Source: Catajapyx aquilonaris (taxonomy: Eukaryota). From it: 64,000 bases of DNA. The notes below the pieces were generated by a model. That model was given only the letters and a program-made list of their open reading frames with translations, was not told the DNA's origin and did no database searches. The stretch lies in NCBI GenBank assembly GCA_000934665.2, contig KZ537962.1, positions 1 to 64,000 of the forward strand, read 5' to 3'. Shown piece by piece: positions 56,929 to 64,000 of this stretch; positions within the stretch are counted from its first letter, which is position 1; each line of letters starts with the position of its first letter. A program made the translations under genes and the position numbers.

Positions 56929-56993
56929 GTAAGTAGGATTCGGAAACGTAGGTATGGTAGCAGAGTAGTAACCGGTGGGCTTTTTTGTTGCAG

Positions 56994-57137
56994 AGAGGGC
57001 TGCCCAGTTGGGCCAGGCTTCACCCTCTCCAAAGTGTTCTCTTTAACTCCATTGCTGGCCAACAATAAGGACAAGTGGGGCTTGGCCCTTGATGGGCAGC
57101 TTAAACATGAGGATACTAATTTAGCTTCCAGTACCAT
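56994..57137 (+). CDS. krz: beta-arrestin exon 9B ([47 protein letters not shown]), 144 nt, alternative copy 2
   Basis: cttttttgttgcag| and |gtaagt boundaries. Same length and phase as 9A, 43/47 aa identical. Confidence 0.95.
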
Positions 57138-58846
57138 GTAAGTATGGTGCGCACACACTTACACGGCCCAGTAACAATAACTTGTCATCAATGGCAACAG
57201 CCGCTTCAACAATTAACTCACTCTCACTATATGTTAGGGGCCTCATGATGACACTTGCCGTAACTGACACTGTATTTCACTTAATCAAATTCACTCACGC
57301 CCATATGTCATTATGTTGGCCGCATCCTGCATGTTTCGCTAGATTTGTGTCTGTAGCTTTTGGTTGCGAATGGGGAGTAGCACTCGAGGTTTTTATGTGT
57401 GTGTGCATGTAATATGCAGTATTGGGCTGTGCAGAAATGTTGCCTGAAACGAGAAGAAATGGGTCTAATTAAAGTCGTAAACAAATATATAAAATAAATG
57501 GTATGTTTTTAAAATAAAGCATCTCATCACAGCCCACTACTGTACTAGGAGTCTGTGTGACGCACTCAAATCAGTAGTCATGTTGGAAAATGTGGCACAT
57601 AATAATTATGATAAATCTTGGCATTCGGACATGGGTCATGTGAGGCATTATTATGCACTTATCTGAAAATGATTCCACTAAGATACATATATTTGGTTTC
57701 TTTTTTAAATAAAAATGAAATCTGCTGATCTGAGTGTGATTTGGGCTTAAGGATGCCAGCAGGATGCAGAAGCTGTCATAAATATGTATGCAATAGTGTA
57801 AAGTTATAAATTATGCAGTTCCATTTTGCATACCTGCTGGTACCAACCTTTGACCCTTGCACTGGAGAAATCTATTGTTCATTTTTGATATTTGCTATCA
57901 TATTTATCATTGTAAATCTTAACTTTCCAGTTTCACACGTATGTCTGTCAGAAGTTTTATTATTTAGCAGTAGCTGACATTATAATTATTAGACATTGCC
58001 TTCTGTGGATTTCAGTGATGCCAGGAATTCTCTAAATCGTACAGTATGAGAATGGTTTGCAGACCATTCTGGGCACAGTTATAGAGGAAAATTGTCACTA
58101 TCTGCATCCATAATAATCAAAGTTTCTGTGAATGTGTTAGGCACATAAGATATACATGTGCTATTTGCCTGGCGAGATTATTGCCAAAACCAAAGTGTTT
58201 GTTCACTTTTATGTATGTCATTTTAGCGGTCAAAGGTTACCATGGGGTGTTCAGTAACACACACAAATCAACTGTCACATCATACAGAAACCGTAATATC
58301 AAATATTGCATCTAATCCTATTACAAAAACACCTGGATGCATTAGGTTTAATACTCAACTCCAACATGATATAGAAAGAATATGGGATAATAACATGCAG
58401 ACCATTGTGCAGAATTAAATTATCCATTAAATAGAAACTGGAAAGTGTGTAAAGAGAAGTGATACTGCACTGCAGCATGTATGGTATTGATAACCTAATG
58501 ATTCATTAGAACATGAAATCAAGGTGTGCATTAACATTGATTACTTGTCTCAACTTCATGAGAAATACCTTCAATGCAGGTATTTTGTAATGTTACCTGT
58601 ACCATCCATCCAGCAGTGTGGCACATGCCATGAAATGTTTTGCTCTTTGATTAAATATTATATGTTGCAATTAAAGTAATATCTTACAATGTGTTACATT
58701 TTCCTTGATGAATTCAAGGGTTGCAATCAAATGTTGTTCTAATATCAGAGTAAATGACAAGTTGATGTTTGAAATATTTTTGCCCTTGAATCCTGCTTGA
58801 ATGTTATTGCAATTACTGTATAATTCAGTGAGGGCTTAAATTGCAG

Positions 58847-58876
58847 GTTTGATCGGGATCAATCCGGTACTTCAAA
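58847..58876 (+). CDS. krz: candidate 30-nt cassette microexon (M-FDRDQSGTS-K)
   Basis: ttgcag|G TTT GAT CGG GAT CAA TCC GGT ACT TCA AA|gtaatt. Phase 2-2 matches the flanking exons and there is no stop. The pyrimidine tract is weak and I have no homology support. Confidence 0.35.
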
Positions 58877-58955
58877 GTAATTGCTTTTCTTAACTTAATT
58901 ATCATATCACAAAGAATGTAGCATATTAATATCGAAGCCATCAACTTTGTTGCAG

Positions 58956-59042
58956 AATCACTGAGCCATCTCAGAGAGAAAACTTGGGCATTATTGTCCA
59001 ATATAAAGTGAAGGTGAAGCTTTGCCTCGGACCCCTTTCAGG
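58956..59042 (+). CDS. krz: beta-arrestin exon 10 (ITEPSQRENLGIIVQYKVKVKLCLGPLS-G), 87 nt
   Basis: Conserved RENLGIIVQYKVKVKL. tgcag| and |gtaagt boundaries. Confidence 0.97.
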
Positions 59043-59118
59043 GTAAGTTCTTGTGAGACTTACGTGACTGTGCTTTTGATGCAGTTAAATATTCATGCGC
59101 ACTTCACTCTTGTTTCAG

Positions 59119-59265
59119 GGATCTAGTAGCAGAGCTGCCCTTCATCCTAATGCATCCAAAGCCAGAAGAGGAGCCCTTGCCTCCACTCCGTTTAAGTCCT
59201 GCCATGACCTATGACAATGATGGCCACAACGTTCCAGTGGACACCAACTTGATCCAACTTGACAC
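59119..59265 (+). CDS. krz: beta-arrestin exon 11 ([18 protein letters not shown]...[10 protein letters not shown]), 147 nt
   Basis: Contains [11 protein letters not shown] and the clathrin box LIQLD. ttcag| and |gtatgt boundaries. Confidence 0.97.
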
Positions 59266-59520
59266 GTATGTATACATCCTGTTGAACGTTTTCAAAACAT
59301 GTTCACTCGTATGACTTGCACAATGACATTCACATAAAGTGAGTTTGCAAAGATCATGTAATTTAAATAATAATCAGTAAATTACATTTCCAAGATTCAG
59401 TATTTGAATTGCGGCATTTTGTTGGTTACTTCTCACTTTCTCAGTGTTGGAGTTGGTGTAATAATTTCTAACACAAGTGCAGCGGTAGATATATCTAATT
59501 ATCACAAATTTTTGTTGCAG

Positions 59521-59641
59521 AGATGGCCAAGGTGGCATAGCAGACCCTGATGATGACATCATCTTTGAAGATTTTGCACGATTACGGCTAAAAGAACAAG
59601 AGACAGAAGATGGTTGGGAAGTGAGACAAGACCCTTTTTAG
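59521..59641 (+). CDS. krz: beta-arrestin last coding exon (DGQGGIADPDDDIIFEDFARLRLKEQETEDGWEVRQDPF*)
   Basis: AP-2 beta2-binding motif DDIIFEDFARLR. TAG stop at 59639-59641. Confidence 0.95.
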
Positions 59642-61810
59642 CTGAAAAAACACTCTTTGCACTGAATAACGTTCCGCATCTTCAGCAGAGTAATGTTCTG
59701 ACTGTTTTATGAAAGACGAGAAGCCAGCAAAAGCTTCTCATGAGTGCCATGACTCATGCTGAGTGACACTTGTACAGAAGAAGTGCAGGGCATTGGTAAT
59801 TTTTTTTTGCTTAGTTTTAAATATTTTCTTGCCCAGAAATGACGGGTATGACATAAACTGGGTTACACAACAATGTTTTGTATGATTATAATCATCTTTG
59901 TTCCCTTGCGACCTGCAGGGTCCTCCCTTTCCATATTTGTAATGTCTTTGTAATTCAGATGTTTGGTTTCTGTCCTACAAAGTTATATTTTGCTCAGCTT
60001 GTCTTCCATGTCCAACAACCATTTAGCTTAATCTTTTGTGTTGTTCTTATTGTATTCTACTTGTTATTGTATACTTGTGAGGTACTCCACACTTCTGTGG
60101 CCATATGTGATGCATTTGCTCAGTGTACTTTTCATCTACACTGATAGCGTCAGTAAAGTGCGCCTACAGAGGAACATGGTTGTTCCAAAAACTGAGTGTT
60201 TCTCCTTTTCAGTTTTAGCTCAGTCAAATTTTTAATTGGTAGGGTCGAAAAATCTTGCACAAACACCAAATGAAATATTTAAATTGGCATTAAAATACCT
60301 GACTTCACAAGACCTATTCCAAGAAATGAGAGAAGCAATGACTTATTACAAGGTGTTGCTCCGATGTGTGCACATCCGTAGCATCCAATGGCAATCACTT
60401 AGGACCACGTGAAGGTTACGTGCCAATAGCAAGAATTTAGCTGGACCTTGCTTGCCCTTCAGTTGTCTTATTCTGTGGTCTAGTCTTTTTGTCAAATATC
60501 GCGTCCTCTAAGGAAAGGGAGGATGACTGCATATACTCTCAACAACTGCAGTAGTCACTCTTTGTGATGCCCGCATGTAAATTGCTGTGAACAATTTTTT
60601 TTTGCATCTGTGACTTGCAAGTTACCTGGTTCTTTGCACTGTACCAGTGAATCAATGTACTGTACTGTATAGCGATGCTTGTTGTTTTGTAACAATGGTA
60701 TTTTAGAACGGCACTGATACATTAGGAACGCATTTGGAGGTTCTTTTGAATGTGTTGGCTAGGAGATGAGATTAGCTGCTCTTTTGTAAAGGAGGGCATT
60801 GTCATTCCATTGCTGCGAAATGCTAACTGAAGCAATTTGGCAACAAGGGTCCAATTTTTATCTCAGTAGTGGAGTACAGGGATGAGATTCAATTCAGATT
60901 GAAGAGTTCAATTGTAGGGAAAAGAGTTTTATATGCAACTGCCTTTTCAACTACCTGACATATTGGATGACCTCCATTGGAAACTAATTAATTTTGTCAA
61001 ATACTGCTTGTTTGTTGGTGGGCAGAGAAAAAATTGAGATGTATTCTTTAGAAGGAGATAATAATTGTTCAACACGTGCAACACATCAGTTAGCATCAGC
61101 CAACTAGGTGTTCCTGTAGGCGAGGAAAATATTTTCTTTTTTCTACATCTGGAACTGAACTTAAACTTGAAGAAAAGAGGCCAAAATACTGCTCATTTTG
61201 TATCGATTTTGACATAAGTAACCTTGTAGGGGCACGAACAAACTTGGCAAAGGTACAATGTATGCATTTGTATGTAACAATGCAGTTTTGGAAACGGGAG
61301 GCAACAGAAATGTATTAGTGAAATTGGTGCCAGGGCTTGGAGCTATGATGATGTATTTTAGTGCATACCTTTTTAACTGTGTAGGCAAAATTTTGAGAGG
61401 CATATTTCATATCACATCGATTTTCATCAGTTGTTTGCAAAGGTTGTTTAAAGATATTCCTTTATACATTGGAAAGGTGAAAGATGGCATTGTAATGAAA
61501 TGTTGTGCAAAATATTTACCAAGTGACTGCACCCAAATGCTTAACATAGAGTAATTTCGATAAATATGATGAGCTGCACATGCTGTAAAGCACCTGTGGA
61601 CTAATGGTCACTTGTATATTTTTTGAATGAACATGGCATGAATGTGATTTAGGATAACTGATTGTACTTGAGTTGCTGCTGCAGTATTTCAATGTGTAAT
61701 AATACCTTCTGCACTGAATTTATTTGCAACAAAGTTTGTTATATGTTGTATGGTAATCAATCATGTAAAGTAAGGTAAATTATTGTCAATAAAATTCTTT
61801 CCTGTAATGT
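59642..61810 (+). other. krz: probable beta-arrestin 3' UTR (about 2.1 kb)
   Basis: AT-rich non-coding sequence between the stop codon and the first canonical AATAAA I found. Confidence 0.55.
61788..61793 (+). terminator. polyadenylation signal AATAAA
   Basis: Several TGTA elements upstream and U/GU-rich sequence downstream. Lies about 440 nt before the next gene's ATG. Confidence 0.6.
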
Positions 61811-62178
61811 TTCAGTTGGCCAAAGATTCACCTTGATAAATATCACCTTAGATTAGAAAGTAGGCTATATATATTTCCATGAATCAAACCTTCTCGTGGC
61901 ATATAAAATAATGATTTTTTTCACATCATCTCAATAATCCCAGCTAATCGCAATGTGCAGGAGCTCCCAATCACATTACAGCGATGTAGTATCACAAAAT
62001 TTTCGTCTGAAACTGTTTGTGAATTTCAAGAACTTGAATGTTGCAAAGTAGAGCAAAAATATGGCACAAAATATAGCATCGACAATGTCCTTGGTATGGA
62101 CTCGCCAACTCTCTCAAAAAATTACAGAATTTAAAAAATAACAATAACAAAAAGTCAACAAAAAAACAAAACAAAAAA

Positions 62179-62240
62179 TATCGATCAAGTGCGGAGGGTC
62201 ACGTGATCAGGACACGTGACCGTCCAGCAAAGATGGCGGC
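62179..62240 (+). promoter_or_regulatory. NOMO proximal promoter and start region: DRE-like TATCGAT, two CACGTG E-boxes, YY1/TISU-like AAGATGGCGGC
   Basis: TATCGAT at 62179-62185, GGTCACGTGA at 62197-62206, CACGTGACC at 62213-62221, and AAGATGGCGGC spanning the ATG at 62233. Confidence 0.55.
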
Positions 62241-62402
62241 GTCCGAGTCGGCGAGTGCGGCCAGGATGCACCGCATTTTGCTTCTCCTCCTGGCCATAAC
62301 CGCAGCCAGTGTGGGTCCCACTGGAGCCGACGACATCCTGGGCTGCGGGGGATTCGTCAAGAGCGACATTGACCTCGATTTCGTACGGGTCGAGATCAAA
62401 CT
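62233..62402 (+). CDS. NOMO1: Nodal modulator (NOMO) coding exon 1, with signal peptide
   Basis: MAASESASAARMHRILLLLLAITAASVGPTGA-DDILGCGGFVKSDIDLDFVRVEIKL matches human NOMO GCGGFVKSDVEINYSLIEIKL. CT|gtaaga donor. An alternative Met lies at 62266. Confidence 0.92.
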
Positions 62403-62693
62403 GTAAGAACAACGCCGACACTCTTTTTTGCGGGTAGTGTTTCGGAGGGAATCGCAACTGTTCTATCCATTCGCAAGTCTGGGCCTTTTAAATAGGCCTA
62501 CCCGTTGGCTGAGGCCAAAAATAACGAGAACCACTCGCATTGTTGGGATGGTGTATATGTCCCTGATACATGATGTGATTAGAATTTGTGATTGCGTAAT
62601 TCACCATGAGGTAGTTATTTTCGGATCATTATGTTGTTGCCCCTCCCCCCAATGCTCCAGTTGCTTTTAGTAACACAGTATAATTCATTCCAG

Positions 62694-63492
62694 GTTCACC
62701 AAACAGGGGAGTCTGAAGTACCAGACTGACTGTGCCCCAAACAACGGCTACTATTTCCTTCCTCTGTATGACAAAGGCGAGTACATCCTTCGCGTGTCCC
62801 CTCCGGATGGATGGACCTTTGATCCTGCGGAGGTCCCTCTCAAAATAGATGGCTCCACTGACCCCTGCAGTAGGGGACAGGACGTCAATTTTGTCTTTCG
62901 GGGATTCTCTATGACTGGACAAGTCCTCAGCCATGGTCTGGACTCAGGCCCAGAAGGTGTGCCAGTATTTTTGATGCAGAAGGGTGCCACACTAGCAAAG
63001 ACAACAACCGGACCTGATGGCCAGTACAGCTTTGAAAAGATCATGCCTGGATCCTATGAGGTCAGGGTAGATCCACCTACTGGCTGGAAGATGATGCGGG
63101 CCAAGGCAGATGTGCACGTAAAGCGTGACAATGGGAAGGCAGTGGACCCCATTGTTGTTGCTGGATACGAAGTGTCTGGTCAAGTCGCTAGTGACGATGA
63201 ACCTGTACAAGGAGTGCAGTTTGTGTTGTTTAGCACTGATGGCCATGACCGCAAAGTGGATGGATGCAACAAAGCTCTTTTGACTGGATTCGTGCCTCCT
63301 AAAGACAAAGGAAAGCTGCTGTGCCACGTGTCTTCGAAAGCATCTGGCACCTTCACCTTTCCATCTGTTCCACCTGGAAGCTACAGGATCATACCATTCT
63401 ACAATTCTGAGCACATACGATTTGATGTGGCACCAACTGAGGTGGACTTTCAGGTCACCCATCATACTATTGACCTGCCCAGCAAGTTTCAG
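62694..63492 (+). CDS. NOMO1: Nodal modulator (NOMO) coding exon 2; the gene continues beyond the window
   Basis: FTKQGSLKYQTDCAPNNGYYFLPLYDKGEYILRVSPPDGWTFDP... matches NOMO YTKHGTLKYQTDCAPNNGYFMIPLYDKG. ccag| and CAG|gtatgt boundaries, phase 2 to 0. Confidence 0.95.
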
Positions 63493-64000
63493 GTATGTGG
63501 TTTGATGCGAAAAATTGTTCAATTAATGCAACCATTGTGTAGGGATGTATCAAAGGTTACTTTATTCCTAGGTTACCACAGTTGCTGCTGCCCCTGTTTC
63601 AGAAATTCAGGTTTCTCTTTTCCCAGCTCTCAAACTTTGTACTGTAAGCGTGATTGGTCACAGAAAAACCTTATAACAGAAATGTGACTTCCAAGGTGAA
63701 ATTGAGCACTGCTTGATCCAATTGTGTGTATAAAAAGTCACCAGAAGCTTTGTGATATCTGTTGGCACCGAATTTGTGTGAAAATTTAATTTTGCCGAAC
63801 AGATTAGCTGTTTGTAACAGTAAACTACCATTTTCTGTATGACTAATATAACTTTGTTAATGTTATACTACACCATTAATTCTGGTGCCACTTCATTAAC
63901 ACACTCACTGCTGTTAAGCCTTTTGTTCAGAGTGTCTCTGGTCAAAAAGATTGCTACCAGCATAATCTTTTGCCATAATAATAAGTCTAAAATGTTGGTG

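Noticed and set aside
56785..57137. Exon duplicates as assembly or haplotype artefacts
   Set aside because: The copies differ at most synonymous positions and have largely unrelated flanks, which is incompatible with allelic or mis-assembled duplicates.
58491..58580. HEIKVCINI segment resembling exon 10 (YKVKVKLCL), as a third duplicated exon
   Set aside because: In-frame TAA just upstream, no matching acceptor or length, and weak similarity.
59613..59641. GT...AG inside the last exon as an intron giving another C-terminus
   Set aside because: Only 29 nt, too short for a normal spliceosomal intron.
62992..63522. 176-aa minus-strand ORF, plus minus-strand ORFs at 56632-56823 and 56907-57158
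   Set aside because: Antisense shadows of the NOMO exon and arrestin exons 9A/9B.
63493..63687. C-terminal part of the 297-aa ORF 62794-63687
   Set aside because: It reads through the CAG|GTATGT donor at 63492 into intron, and NOMO similarity stops there.
1..64000. CRISPR arrays, tRNA/rRNA genes and prokaryotic operons
   Set aside because: None seen. The window is intron-rich eukaryotic DNA with no regularly spaced repeats or recognisable structural RNA genes.

Overview
Eukaryotic, arthropod-like genomic DNA (the taxon is inferred from the proteins) containing two + strand genes. (1) A complete non-visual beta-arrestin gene (kurtz/ARRB-type). I assembled its CDS by hand from 12 exon positions between 14293 and 59641: 1290 nt, 429 aa, with GT-AG introns and matching phases throughout. 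A 33.9-kb intron follows the first coding exon, and the 3' UTR is about 2.1 kb. (2) The first two coding exons of a Nodal modulator (NOMO) gene, from 62233 onward. The main discovery is the splicing architecture of the arrestin gene. It has two separate tandem-duplicated exon pairs, exon 7A/7B (85 nt each) and exon 9A/9B (144 nt each), both in the C-domain. Each pair is flanked by short complementary elements that could form competing RNA structures. There is also a canonical recursive-splicing site (branch point, pyrimidine tract, CAG|GTAAGT) near the middle of the giant intron, a candidate in-frame 30-nt microexon, and a C-terminal DPF motif. Together these predict at least 4, possibly 8, arrestin isoforms from one gene. 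Exon use and RNA structures are inferred from sequence only. Most short ORFs in the supplied track are non-coding noise.
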